DNA of 37,508 nucleotides from Perkinsus olseni (Eukaryota): NCBI GenBank assembly GCA_013115125.1, contig JABANN010000338.1, positions 1 to 37,508 of the forward strand, read 5' to 3'. Shown piece by piece: positions 1 to 12,499 of this stretch (position 1 is its first letter; each line of letters starts with the position of its first letter). The notes under the pieces were generated by a model. It saw only the letters and a program-made list of their open reading frames with translations, ran no database searches and was not told where the DNA came from. The position numbers and the translations under genes were made by a program.

Positions 1-278
1 ACAACCAGAGTCCCAGTAATGACAGAGAAATCAAAAAAATACTGTATGTTCTATTATTTTGTAAGGGGGTTTACAAGGCAGCATCTGTCGTGGCCCATCG
101 AGAGACCCCTCCGAAGCCCGACCATCATGGCACGGAGCAACCGAGACTGCAGTTACGAAGGTTCCTTGACGGTTGATAATAACGCCAACTAGAGACAGCC
201 GGAAAGAAGACGTACAACCCATTCAAACAGCAATAACATCACCACACGGCCACTGCCCATCCCAGCCTGATTATTACC

Positions 279-3200
279 AACGTAAAGATCGACCTTTCCA
301 GGCAGGCTTCCGACATATCCAAAGTCGGCATCAGCCATCTCACCCGGACCATTCACCACACAGCCCATCACGGCAATGCGCAGTCCCGAGAGATGTCCCG
401 TCCTGCAAGAGAGATATCATGCAGCTGTCTTCGATCAGACACACAGCGAAGGTGTACCGCACAGGTCGAATCCAAGGCATGCCATCATCCACCTGCCGCT
501 ACGCTTGCCAGGCCGCCGTTATTACTTCTTCCGAATTCTCTCGGTGGTGTCTTGGAGGTCGAACAAAGTCCTCCCGCAACTCGGACAAGATATGAACTCC
601 GTCTTACTCAATCGCATTCTCGAACCCTACCAAATAATTTCGTGGCGCGCGGTCAATGACAGTCCGCATCACCCATTCCTACCTGCATCAGATTAAGACT
701 CAAGTCCCTCGCCTCTTCCGTAGTCAGCCCCCGGTCATCCCAGAAGACCCCATCACCCAGGCCATCCACGAATAAGCCGCCAAACTCCGACGCTCCAAGT
801 ATGACAGCAGAATCAGAGCCAGCCACTAAGGCAAGCGGAGCCATTTCAACCGGTTGCCATGCCCGCCGAACCCTACCCGCTTGAGAAGCCCCCTCGGGGT
901 ATGTGAACCAGAGTAGAAGGGGTATCCTACACTTCCTTACGGCGTTGGCGACTTGACGACCAGCGTGCACTCGGCACGACGGCTCCGGTTTGAATATGAA
1001 GAATCGTACTGCTGCCTGCAACCAGAGGCTTCAACAAGCAAGGTGTCCGAGTCGGTAAGTGGTAAGAAATGAATCCTTCACAGCGCGGGCAATATTAAGG
1101 AGGTCCTTACCTTATTAGGGTGCGCCAAGATCTTCTCAACATCTTCAGCACTCCTCACGATGCAGGCGCATCCTCCCGCCCGACCCAGATTGACCGAGTC
1201 GAGCTCTGATGGCTCAGACACTAGTAGCTGCCACACAACAGCATCGTCACTGCGCCACGAAATTCATCCTCCCCGTACCGTGCTCCCCGGCATGATCTCC
1301 TCAATGCTGAGTATGACCACCCCGCTATCCTGTATTGCTCTTATAGCATCCATAGCAGTACCGGCAGCCTCGTCGACCAATAACACATCAACCGACCCGA
1401 CATCCTTCTGATACCGGCCATCTTGCCGAGCCTTCAAGCCCAAGACCTTCGCTGAAAATATCCAACGACCATGCACAAGGTCGCGAGTTCTACCCCAGTA
1501 CTACTCATATATTCCTTCATATTCTCCGCGGCGGCCTTGGGATCGTACCGAAGTATCAAGCTGCCGTCCTTGTGAAGAGGTGCCTTACAAAAAGCAAATG
1601 ACAAGTCCGCCCCACGAGGCGACTCCAAGGCTACGGCAGACAGACCGCCTACTGTAACAGCGTCAAATTCCAACGACGTCGTAACAGTAGAAATTCTAAG
1701 GAACGGAAGCTGTAAGCGGATTCCAAACCGAACCCTCCAAGTATTGAACCCGCGCCGGTGGAGCCTCAGCAGCGATAGTACATCTATAGCGCTCGTGTCG
1801 ATCTCCCGCTTAGCGAAATGGTAAGGGTCAATCTGGGCAACGGCAGCCCCAGTAGCAGCAGCTGCAGGACCCTTAACTCCAGTGCGCTCCGGTGAGGCCT
1901 CCAAAGACTTCTCATAGACATCACGCAGTGCCGAGCATGGTCCGACCTAACACGACCGAGTCAGGTAACCAGACTACCGCTCCTTGACTACCTCATGCCA
2001 TGGGTCCTCCGTGAGGCTCACTCTGACGGTATCACCGAGGCCATCCTGCAGCAGAGCGCCAATGCCGATACCAGACTTAATCTGAGATAACAACAACCCA
2101 TACGCCGCTCAATCTTCTCTCAGCTGAATCAATATGCCTTGATGACCCAAGAAACACCACGTGATTCGAACGAGATGCAGTGAAAGGCCGCGAAAGAACG
2201 CCTAGGCGATATCTTTCGACCTCGGAATGACACCGGATGAACCTCAGATACCGAAGGAGATAGTCAATTAGTTTCCAACCAGACAGCCAAGCCTCTCTCC
2301 CTCCACTCACCCGTCCATCCGACCCTCCACCGGCCTCAGTGACTCCAAGATGTAACGGATAATCCCAACCACGTCTCTGGCCAACGACAACCACTAGCGA
2401 TGATGATGCTATAAACACAGCCACAGCCTCACCGCCATTTCCGCAGCCAGCAGCCTGTACGCTGCAACCATCACACGGGTATTAGACGACTGAGAGGAAG
2501 AACGGCGTTGTTCGCAATTACGGATCGCAACTCATCCTAGGGGAGCCCTCAGAACATGACTCCAGTAGTAGTATTACCTTCATGCTGAATATGATGTCGT
2601 GGAAGTCCAAAGCACGGCACATGAGCCCAACTTCTATAGCGCTAGCCACCATACCCTGATACCGATGAGCGGGTTATAGTGAGTTCCCATCAACCATAGA
2701 GAGACTAACCCTGGATGAGTATGGGATGACAACATGGTGTCAAACTAGACATTGCTGACAATACATTACCACGTCAACGACAGCTTCTCGAGTGAAACCC
2801 ACAGAGAGAATTCCCGATATGACAACAGCGAAGCCCGCTCAACCAGAACATGAGAAGGACGCTAAATGGTGGGTAGCAAACCACTAAACTACCTCATCCT
2901 TGTCAAGTGATCCTCAACGCTAAATCTTCTACTAGAACCACGAGATGTGCGTGACACCAGCACTTTTCGGGCCGCGGGCCAAAATTCGCTGACCTTCAAA
3001 AACGTTCAATCCCAGGTACTACCTCCGGAGTGTCACCATACTGAGTAAGGATGCGCTCCGATAGGCTTCCATGATTGACGCCGATCCTCATACACTTGCC
3101 TTGTCGCTTCAAAGACTAATCAAAAACAGCCGTGTCGTGAACCATGAGAAGCCGTAAGATTCCCGACTTCCACCAACTCTCCCGAACCGCCGTTGCGGTA

Positions 3201-4711
3201 TTACCTCTACAAGAGGGGTTAATTTATTGAACATCTCTTCCTGCCACTGAGCGGCGATCTCTGGGGTGACCTGAGCGGACGTGGCAATATCAGACGGCGA
3301 GGAATCTTGGGGCTGAGCCATGATGGAACAGCTTACGAACACACTTAGACATATGCCATAACCAACGAGCCAACAATCACCTCGTTGAGAAGGGAATTAA
3401 ATTCAGCGGGAATTTCCATCTGGCTTGACTAAGTAAATCGGGCGGCAAAATCTTTCTACATTTGACATCCATATGATTTGTTGAACCGAAGTATTTATTT
3501 GAACGTGAAGAATTCTAGGTGGGTTTTATACAGTACGCAGCAGTCCACGGTTGCCGACGATGACCAACTACCTCAGTGACCTTCCCGAACGTCTTCATGC
3601 CGTCTATGAAGTTACCAGGATTAATACGTATCTTATCGCACCCCTCAGCAGCCAGCATTGCAACCTAAAGTCGACCTAAGATACCCCTCATCTTGGGAAG
3701 CACTCTACCTTAGGTTTAAAATGTATGTCAGCTACGATTGGAGTGGTATAACCATCCTTCAACAATCTCTCCTTAATCAACTCTGAAAGATACCACGACC
3801 GTTTCTGACGCTTCGGTAGCTCATTCCGACAACGATACGAAGCTCGACACATTCTTAAAGATACGCCTCTCCCGTTCAATAAGGTAATTTTGGAATTGAT
3901 CTGGAATTGATGCTTACACGTAAAATGCAGCTCTAGAACCGGTTCTGAGTTTCAGAACTTATTTCTTGACCGAGCCCTCGAAATCCCGCGGCAACACTAC
4001 GAGCTAATAGTTAGCATTACTAGTTGCACGAGCCTCCTTGATGCCCTGCACTGTAACTCGGACGATATCGATACCAGCATCAGCACATCTGAGGTGAAGC
4101 AGCTGTACTGATTAACAGCAACTACTATAAGAGCTTACCGTTCAATCTGCTCTACTGTCGCATCCACATCATCGGTACCTAGGGCATATCCGAGGTTGAA
4201 GCGTGCAAGATACGAGACGGGTTGAACCCAGAGAGCTTACTGCTATTGGTCATAGTCTGCAACGCTAGTCGATGGTCACTGCCAACTGGCACATTTCCAA
4301 CCTAGAAGATACGACTCAAACCTTCTGCGTGCGCAAGATACTCTTACCATAACAGTACGAGTCTTCCGTCGTATAGGGTGGTCAACTCCTTCGCAGTAAG
4401 GCAAGTCCGCAGCCGCCATAATCGGACCTGAATTCCGTTGAAAATGCCGGGCGTTGGGATCGAACCCGGGTGTTCCGCCCAACGCAACAGATCCCAGCAT
4501 TCTCACCAGGATCGAATCTTCCACCTGCAGTTCCCTGAGCAACAGCGCGGCGCGCCAAGGCCCTCCTTTCGAGAGCCTTGCCCTTCCTCCTATGCACGGA
4601 TGCTGCCAATACTGACGCCAACGCCATACCAGCCACCAGCACTCCTAAAGGCTGATAGTCGATCTGGGTGTGCTGGATTGAAGACCCGGCCGGGATGCCC
4701 GATCGAAGCAT
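279..4711 (-). CDS. ispG: 4-hydroxy-3-methylbut-2-enyl diphosphate (HMBPP) synthase, plastid/long type, multi-exon; last exon probably left of the window and 5' end uncertain
   Basis: Spliced exons give [88 protein letters not shown] and [31 protein letters not shown], all hallmark IspG/GcpE motifs. It also has the large central insert seen in plant and apicomplexan enzymes. Confidence 0.95.
4445..4466 (-). promoter_or_regulatory. B-box / tRNA 3'-end-like motif in ispG intron 4428..4506
   Basis: GGTTCGATCCC-AACGCCCGG-CA followed by TTTT. Confidence 0.7.
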
Positions 4712-6799
4712 CGTAGAGGACCTGACAGCAGTCTACTTAGAAAGCAGAGAACCCTCACAACAACGTACGGAGATTCCTTTCACCACTAGCAGAAACAACG
4801 CGGTAAAATTAACCACAACCGTAGCCAGTCGAGAGTGTTACGCGGGAAGAACAGAGGTGCTCGGAAGAGGCACTGCGACGTGGACACGGACGCCCCGCAC
4901 GGTTGCACTATCTCGGAGAAAGATGGGCCAGATTGGCATTGGAGGGCCTCCATCGGCGATAATGGGTCTCTTTTCAGTTTAATGCGAAGCACTGTTCAGA
5001 CTTCGCAGTCAGAAAGATATGCCACTCTCTGAGTTGACCGAAGACAGTTTTCTATCCGACCTTCTCCAGGTGTTCAGCTAGATAAAATACGGTTGACGAA
5101 CTGACAGTATACTTCAGTGAGCACACGGCTCACGCCATCAGTGGTGAGTCGCCGGGAAGAACAGCAACGTACAAAGAGGCTATGCCCGAGAGACCTGCAC
5201 ACCAGCCTACCTGCTAAGTCCGGACTGATAGGTGGTCTCATTACCCGATGGTAGTAGGAACGCAATAGTGTAGTTGGCCAAGACCATCAGGGCAGCTGCC
5301 ATGGACATCAACACCCACACCCCGCGGGACTTGCGTTGACGACGGCCCCTCTCCGCAGGCATGTCGAAATGAGGAGGAGAGTGATAGCCCTGTAGTGTGA
5401 TGATCGAATGCAGCGATCATGAATTCAATAGTAACATAGTAGTAGTCTAGTACTATTCATTATCAATTGGTAGCATTTTCACCCCAAATTCGTGAAAACT
5501 TTGATTTCGCTAAGCGTGCCCTAGGGCCAAACCAACAGGAAAATGACGGTCTGCGATCAGGGCAATCAGGGAGCGAGCGAGTACTTGGGCGATAAAACAG
5601 CGCAGAACTGGTCACCGGCCTCGGAAAAGCCAGGTAAGCAAAATACCATCACTTTCGTGGACGCAGGATTCCTTCATGTAGACTAAACTAAACTCAATTG
5701 AAGTGGAAGCGTTCAGTTACTGATACATGGCGAGGGCACCCCATGTGCAGGGATGAGATCTGCAACAAACGGTCGATCGGACAAGACATGACAGTCCGCA
5801 TCGCCCTCCACTAACCGGAATTCACTTATTATCGCGGAAGACACTACGCGGTTTGACAACCAAGTTTGTGTGGGGTTCGCGTAAAATTGAGACTCGGCGC
5901 ACATTTGCCACGTACGACTTTTTTGAGTGGAAACGGAATTACACGCGTTTGGCACGATAGATTATACGGATCGCGGGTGAAACGTTCATCAACGGCCTTA
6001 ACCAGCCAAACAACGCCCGCAAGTGCTGGCCAATCAATCGTAGGAAACCTGAGAAACGCACAGAGTAGATCGATCAAAGCGGCGCGCGCGACGTACGCTG
6101 CGCGGCGTTGAACCCGAATTTACCCAAAGGCTAAGGTAGAAGTCGAAATTTCAGGGAAGCACTGCCGAGGATCTGTTTTATTGAGAAGTCTATTTGCCTA
6201 GTGACGCCACCGATCACGTGCTTGAGGGTTTATTATTCGCGAGTAGAAGAAGCGAATTGGCGGTAGGGTCGAAAAAGGGGCATCATGTCGACGAATACAC
6301 AAGCCGTTTCGCCTCCTTCGCTGTCTCAACTCGCTAGAGTTCATATGAGAGGCGTTGACAGCAAGGTTCCGGTACGCGCATCCGATGAAGTCCAGATGGA
6401 AACTGTCCTTAATAACGAGCAATACATGACTTAAGTATCACGTGTTCCTATCCGATGAAGTCAAAAGTGCAGAAATCTCGACAGGGCGGTAGGCAAGACC
6501 GAAAGGACGTAGAGGGATGAAAGCAGACCAGAAGACGACCCTTAGAGTGTCCTTCAGAGCCCCCTGAGAGTCCCTTTCTGTGGGAATTGTTGCTCCCTTA
6601 TTCTGCCTTTGTACGTCCTGAATAGCGGTCTCGTCTCAGCTGTCCCTGTATCACCATAAGGGTCGTATCAGCTTACCCTTCGTCTGGCCCTAATGTTGGC
6701 TCTATCGGAATACAGCCTGTTGCTATCAAGTGCCGTGCTCCAGTCGATAGAAGGGGCGTTAAATAGGAAAGTACTTTTCGTCCAGTTGAGCACTCTAGC

Positions 6800-7460
6800 A
6801 TGCGAGGATTCACGTGCGACTTGCATGCACCGCTCGCGACACAGCAGTGCCATTCTAACAAGTTCGCTGCCACCGGCATGTTCGCAGGATTCAGTTCCGC
6901 ATTCGACGATCTCTTCAACCGAGGAACGGTCTAGAGAGGTCTGAGAGCACTCCGCCGCTCTCATCCCTCTTTTATCACTTTAGGCCGTTGATGCCGCAGT
7001 TCAGCCTGAAGTTGTAAGGTACCTACGCTACTACAATGCGTCCGGTGATGTTGTACATGTGAGAAGAAGCATTCCTCAGCTCCCGCAGCTCAGCCTCCTC
7101 TTTAGTGTGCGTTCGGGTGTGCATCGGGTGGAGAAGGGCTCACCTATATCGCTCGCGATATAGATTCTGAAAAGTGATCGGCCCTCCCTTTCCTCTTTCT
7201 GGTGCACCCTTGCAGTACTCAGGTTCGGGTACTTACTCGATATCCCCCTCACCGAAGCTCTCAGGAAGCACTATACGACTGAAGGTCACGATTTCTCTGT
7301 CAAAGAGCGAAAGGCTCTCGATGGTAAAGATGAGGATGATCGGATTCCGTCTCTCAAAGCCCATCTCGCGGAGAAACTCACAGGCCAACCGCCGTGGTAG
7401 ACTCATACGCGCAGCTGTGGTCGTGAGCTCGTGTTGTCGCGGGCATTCTCTAGTCAAGAT
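6800..7460 (-). CDS. possible multi-exon hypothetical protein (fragmentary model)
   Basis: Exon-like segment EFLREMGFERRNPIILIFTIESLSLFDREIVTFSRIVLPESFGEGDIE is followed by a GTAAGT donor, and further short segments are flanked by splice signals. No family recognised. Confidence 0.3.
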
Positions 7461-7786
7461 GTGTCCGCCAGTAGCAGATCGATGGTCCTTCTATTCGAGC
7501 AGGTTCCTCGGAAAAGCACCTGCCTGCGAAGCTCTCCAGATAATAACGCTCAATCATTCACAGCCAGATGGGCACACAGAGAAGGTCAGTTGATGCCTCG
7601 GATGCTTCGGGTCCCTCACCACTTCCGTCGGTAGATCGCCTGGTGCAGGTGGTTCAGTATGGACATGCCCGTTCCAGCCGACGGCTTCAGACTGGCCAAA
7701 ATATCCACCAGCCTCTCAAAATACATCCCGTAAGATGCCAGAGAATACTAGTGGTCAGACCTGGTGAACTTTCACGATTCAGGAAG

Positions 7787-8161
7787 ATGGATCTGAAATT
7801 TGACATGAACCGGGTCCGGGAAATGGAGGAGGGAGCTCACCATGCCCGCCCAGGCCCGAGGGTGGAGGACGCGAGAGACATCGTCTATTCACTATTCGAG
7901 AGACAGTTGAGGTACTACGTTCAGTATGTTCAAAAGAAGACCGGTACCATTGATGATGAGCCTTACCAGCCATTCGCTCCGGATGTATCAAGGACAGTAC
8001 TTATGTGGCTGCTGACTGGACAAGCTCACCCTGATGTCCCGGATAATCTACAGTCCCTCTCATACCCATACACTCGCATGCGATGCGACGAATCAGGTCA
8101 GATATCTGTGGGAGAAATACCTGTGCTAAAGGCCTCAGAAAGGGCTTCTAGTACTGCTTGA
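7787..8161 (+). CDS. hypothetical protein (exon or small gene)
   Basis: Protein-like part of ORF 7568..8161 (MDLKFDMNRVREMEEG...RQLRYYVQYVQKK...). No recognised family. Confidence 0.35.
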   Translation: MDLKFDMNRVREMEEGAHHARPGPRVEDARDIVYSLFERQLRYYVQYVQKKTGTIDDEPYQPFAPDVSRTVLMWLLTGQAHPDVPDNLQSLSYPYTRMRCDESGQISVGEIPVLKASERASSTA

Positions 8162-8542
8162 AAGCCAGTGGATGTTGCTGTCACCTGTTGTTGTTATAAT
8201 CACACTGAGTGTTGTGTCTTCAGTGAGTTTTCAGTCTTAGTGATACCGGGTGTTGAATGCTCAGAAACTCTTCTGAGCTTTCTCGGTCTCCAAGTTGGAC
8301 CCAGAGCAGCTCGGCGCTGTCGTCTTCCCGCAGCCGCGATCGCTCAGTGTTGATGAGCATACGATGTTTCATGATTCTTCTCCTCCTCGTATACGCCTTT
8401 TGAAGTGTTGGTGCTAGGAACGACGCCTGCTCAAGGCCGCGACATTCGTCCTTCCGAGCATCTCGGGGAGGATGAAGTTCGGCGGAGGGTTGCGAAATTA
8501 ACTACTCCCCCGAGTCCTTCTCTGTTTAGTATTTTCTGAGTA

Positions 8543-10726
8543 ATGGAAAAATACACAGCATTCGCGGACCCAAGCTCCGGTGTGAACCCCTTCATACCGC
8601 CTTGGCTGGCAAACCCACCCAGAGACTCCAAGGCCGTCAAGCTGCTCCGGCCTCTTCTGCTCTGCCTTCCCCTGGTCGTCTTGCGCCTGCCATTTCTCAT
8701 ACTAGGGATGCTACTACTGGCAGTCTCCCAGCTGTTAGTGACGGTTTTTACGCTACTATCGGCCCCAGTCGGCCGAGGCCTAGCTTGGCTACTTTACCCA
8801 GTGAGTGCCAGACTGGCCTTACTGGGCGTCGGAGTTGTTCGATACCATAAGGATCTCGCCGATAGTAGACGGCTGAAGGTAGTAGGAGAGGGAGGAGAAA
8901 TTGTGATGGGGAGGCGCGTCCAGCAGGCCGTCCTTATTATAGATGGGCAGAATTACGTTACGGACCGTTACGGCTGACTTTTACGGTTACGCTTCAAGGC
9001 CCGAAACGTAAAATTACGGCGCCGTAACGGCTCTTGCGGAGATGTAATGGACAAAACGAGGAATTACCATTCAAGTCGTTTAAGTCTATTTCGTGTGAAT
9101 GCGCATGCGTAGACGAGGCCGGCTCGGCAGTTCCGGGTCAGCCTGGGAGTGAGACTGGTGGAATTTCAAAGGGAGAAGGGTGGTCAATGCGGAGCCAAAT
9201 GCTAGTCTCCCAGCGGTTCGGTTGAATCCGAACCACCAATAATGAGTTTAACAGCTATTTGAGCTATGGTGGAATGCCTTACAGCGAATGTTTCCGCCAC
9301 AATTCCAAGAAGGCAGTTCAGTACCAACCGTAAAGTCGTAAGCCCCTTCCGTAACCGTAATCTACTTACGTTACGCGCACCGTAACGTAAACCGTAAAGA
9401 AGCCGTAACGGTGCCCATGTATAGTCCTTATGAGGGGGCATCACCTATGAACCCAGAATATGTCATGAGTAGCCACAGCGATCCAGGTACACCGAACCTG
9501 GATCGCGCGATTCCGAGTAGTCGTCGTCATGCCGTATCCCCTCATCGATGTTTTTCAATCGTCGGCTGTTGTTCACGGCAATGAACTCTACTCGATCGTT
9601 GTGTGAATCGCGAGAATTATCGACACTACTGAGTAATGAGAACTCGTCGTTGTAATGAATTAGGCGAAATCAGTGCGCTCTGAGGCCTCTCCCGTGAGTA
9701 TGTGTGACGATATACGGTGGAGTAGCCTAGCTTGCCGCATGGACTTCGTACTTTCTGTAGATACGCCCAATCGTGGACCCAACGTCGTTTGGTTCATCGG
9801 ATATAATACTCTCCAACTACCAAAGCTTCACGGACGTTTTGCTGCTCTTGACCTGCTGGGGCCCCAGGAAGTTCATTTTCGTCAACTCCGCGGGTCAAGC
9901 TCGGATACTCGGTCCGATTGGTGCTCTACTGGAAGCATGTTCCAAGAACCCCGGCCAGTGGGCGCCTCAGGTCGCCGGTCTTCCCGACTCGGAACAGATC
10001 CTGGACATGAGCGCCGGCCCGTACGTGATCTTCGCTGAAGGCGCGCGTAAGCGTTCGGGGGGAGCGGGTATTGACCACGAGGCTAAGCCTTGCTATGGAT
10101 ATTCAGGCACCAATGGCACCGGAATCCTGCGGTTCCCAAAGGCGGTTGACGCCTTTGTCGAAGCAGCTCGGAAGTCAGGGCGACTTGGGGCCGTGGGCAT
10201 TCACTACTCTTCCAAGAACAACTGTGGACACTATAGTCCATCTCACACTCGTAGGCTGTGGGCTGCTTGCAACGAGTCAGCACGTCCTGTTAGTACCGAT
10301 TCCCGGGGCATTGCACACGCTGTACCAGATGGCGCAGCTCTATCAACCAGCAACCGTCACTTGGCTGCCATGCAAGGATACCAAAGCCAGTACTGCAATA
10401 CAGGTGAACAACAGAGAATAATGACGTGCTTAAGTCCAGTAGACAAACCGATCGAGGCTGCCTCGGTTCTCCGACTTGAAGAGCGAACTGCCATTCGCTC
10501 GGATTACTAATCTTTCCCCGGTTTTCATTTACTTTGGAACCCCGACCCGCCCTTCCTTTTGGGTCGCCGCACGCTTCGCATTGATGTTTCTCAGACAACG
10601 ACACTGCTGAGTCGATTGGTCGGTAGGGAATGCGTCGACATGTCCGAGAAGGTGGACGCGCGGACAGCTGAGGCTTTCCGGAACTATTATTCGCAGTACT
10701 CCGTTGTTTCCAAGAAGGCAGAATAA
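8543..10726 (+). CDS. Loa1/Vps66-like lysophospholipid acyltransferase (LPLAT/PlsC superfamily), multi-exon
   Basis: The N-terminus MEKYTAFADPSSGVNPFIP resembles the Loa1/Vps66 start and is followed by a hydrophobic TM region. After the phase-0 intron 8879..9760 comes IILSNYQSFTDV (acyltransferase motif I variant). Splicing of intron 10047..10106 gives FAEGARTNGTGILRF (motif III). The final exon ends ...YSVVSKKAE-TAA at 10726. Confidence 0.8.
8938..9423. mobile_element. non-autonomous hAT-like MITE (486 bp) inside intron 1 of the acyltransferase
   Basis: TIRs TATAGATGGGCA / TGCCCATGTATA (11/12 match). Exact 8-bp direct repeat GTCCTTAT at 8930..8937 and 9424..9431. Clusters of TTACG/CGTAA subterminal repeats at both ends. 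Confidence 0.9.
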
Positions 10727-11162
10727 GTATCAACTTTGTGAAACTTCCAGGGACTTGTGTTAGCAGTGGCACCGAAGGGCGCGGGCTCCCAAGTAGGTAA
10801 AGGCAATACCACCGCCTTCGATGGGAATTCGAGAAGGGGATATTCTTGCCACAATGGGACTAAAAGCTAGCCCAATAGCTTACTCGTTGTGATTCGTTGT
10901 GAACCGTAGCGCTATCGTCCACACTTGGGCATTTTGTAGATGCACAATTGGCGCGGTTTCCTATGGTGTCGAAACACTGCTAACAGCAGTAAGATGCTCC
11001 GAGCCAGAAGAGGACCCGAGAGGTCTGGCATTATCGATAGCGGCCCGTTGTTCCAGGACGTTGGGCCGGCTATACGCCGCAATTACTTCGGCATGCACGT
11101 GTGCATTGGAGGTACAGTTCGAGCCGGAGTCGTTACTTCGCGTTGCTCGTCCCCTATATTGT

Positions 11163-11309
11163 CACGGGTGACCGATTTTCGCGATGACGTGTCCAATAGC
11201 GACGTAGAAAATTGAGAATAACGTGGTAGAGAATTTTATGTAGATTCAGAATCTGTCATTAATTCTGTTTTATTACTCTGCAAATGATGACAAAAATCGG
11301 TCACCCGTG
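11163..11309. mobile_element. 147-bp MITE-like element with 17-bp perfect TIR
   Basis: CACGGGTGACCGATTTT (11163..11179) and AAAATCGGTCACCCGTG (11293..11309) flank an AT-rich interior. No exact TSD (flanks TTGT / TTGC). Confidence 0.65.
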
Positions 11310-11699
11310 TTGCGTTAGGCACACAACTTTGTCGATCTCAGCTAGCTGGAAGTATCAGCCTTCGCAGGACCCTTGTGCGCGGTCTGAGCTTTTGTCAATA
11401 AGCTGTATTGTATACAATGGGACCGGCGGTGGAAATCTCTTGCGATGACACTACAGAAACGCGTAGCTCCAGTGCTCAGCTCATCACCAACCGTGAAGCT
11501 TCGCCGAAGAGCCCTACTCCCGATCATCGGCTTATCTCCCGCGTCGTGCTCAGTCCCGATCATGTGAAAGTCTCGAGCACAATTACTTGCCCGAGCGCTC
11601 CTCTATCGAGCGCTCTGTGCATTTCCACATGTCTCGAAATATTAGTTTCCGCACAGCCTCCTCCTCAATTCGAAGGAATTTCCAACTTAGAAGGACGAC

Positions 11700-12170
11700 A
11701 TGACTCCAACCTTTGTCAGAGCGATACACGGGCTGCTCCTGATCCACTTTGCCTATGGTGGATTTCTCCCGCCTCGTCGTCGAATGTTAAGTCCGTTAGC
11801 GGATAGCTTCTATGAGGGCTTTATCGGGAACGAACGGGAGATCTTCTACCATTTCTTGCAGGAGGATGGACAGCTCACTGTGGAGATCACAGTAAGTTCT
11901 CTGAACAACCGCGGAGCAGCTGAAGACCACAGAGAGACGAGAGCGGACGCCTCAGTTGTCCATATGAGCCCTGGTAACACCTTCGGAGTTATTTTTCGGA
12001 GAGGCTACGAGAACTTCACCCGCTCATTGAAGAGGAACTTCCCTGAACTGAGTCTCGCACGCCGAGACTTCGAGAGAATCCGAGTTGTAGATCACAACAG
12101 GGTCTCCATCCAGGTGGAGGGCCGCCACGTTGATTTGTCCTTGACGTGGGCGGACTTGGGAGACGAGTAG
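11700..12170 (+). CDS. small secreted-looking hypothetical protein, 156 aa, intronless (paralog A)
   Basis: Signal-like N-terminus MTPTFVRAIHGLLLIHFAYGG. Visibly similar to ORF 13320..13793 (YGG, YxGxxG, VxITVS, LxxxxPELxLAxxDFxxI, IxVEGRxVxL/M). Confidence 0.75.
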   Translation: MTPTFVRAIHGLLLIHFAYGGFLPPRRRMLSPLADSFYEGFIGNEREIFYHFLQEDGQLTVEITVSSLNNRGAAEDHRETRADASVVHMSPGNTFGVIFRRGYENFTRSLKRNFPELSLARRDFERIRVVDHNRVSIQVEGRHVDLSLTWADLGDE

Positions 12171-12499
12171 AGCTCCGATGGTGACTGAGGTGACTGAGGT
12201 GGTCCCCGAGACAGTTGCCCATATCAATGTTCGGTATGTTTGTATGATGTGCGGAATGATCTGCTCCGATGGGTGTTGCGCTTGCTGAGTATACCAACTC
12301 AAACGAAGCCTAGCTAGCAGTCTTCGCACGGTGTCAGTACCGAACGGTCAATGTAGCCGAGCCGCTTTTGGTCATCTGAAGGTACGTGTAGGATAGGATA
12401 GGATAGGGTATGTATAGGATGGAAGTCGTCTTTTCACAGTTGTACCAAGCATGACGCAAAGCATCACAACAATGTCCGAGAAATCAGCACTTCTGAAGT

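Noticed and set aside
173-696. Overlapping plus-strand ORFs, and similar short ORFs throughout the track
   Set aside because: They are antisense shadows of spliced minus-strand genes, with no recognisable motifs.
4819-4828. ACCGTAGCCA, resembling the start of the dinoflagellate/perkinsid spliced leader
   Set aside because: Only 10 nt match, the rest of the leader is absent, and it is antisense to ispG.
5300-6600. Possible gene or element between ispG and the 6.8-8.2 kb ORFs
   Set aside because: No coherent exon chain, TIR or recognisable protein could be supported; only one B-box (6104..6114) was noted.
8950-9412. TTACG repeat clusters as a CRISPR-like or satellite array
   Set aside because: Spacing is irregular and they are fully explained as MITE subterminal repeats.
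12389-12407. (TAGGA)n short repeat
   Set aside because: Under four units; a trivial microsatellite, not telomeric or CRISPR-like.
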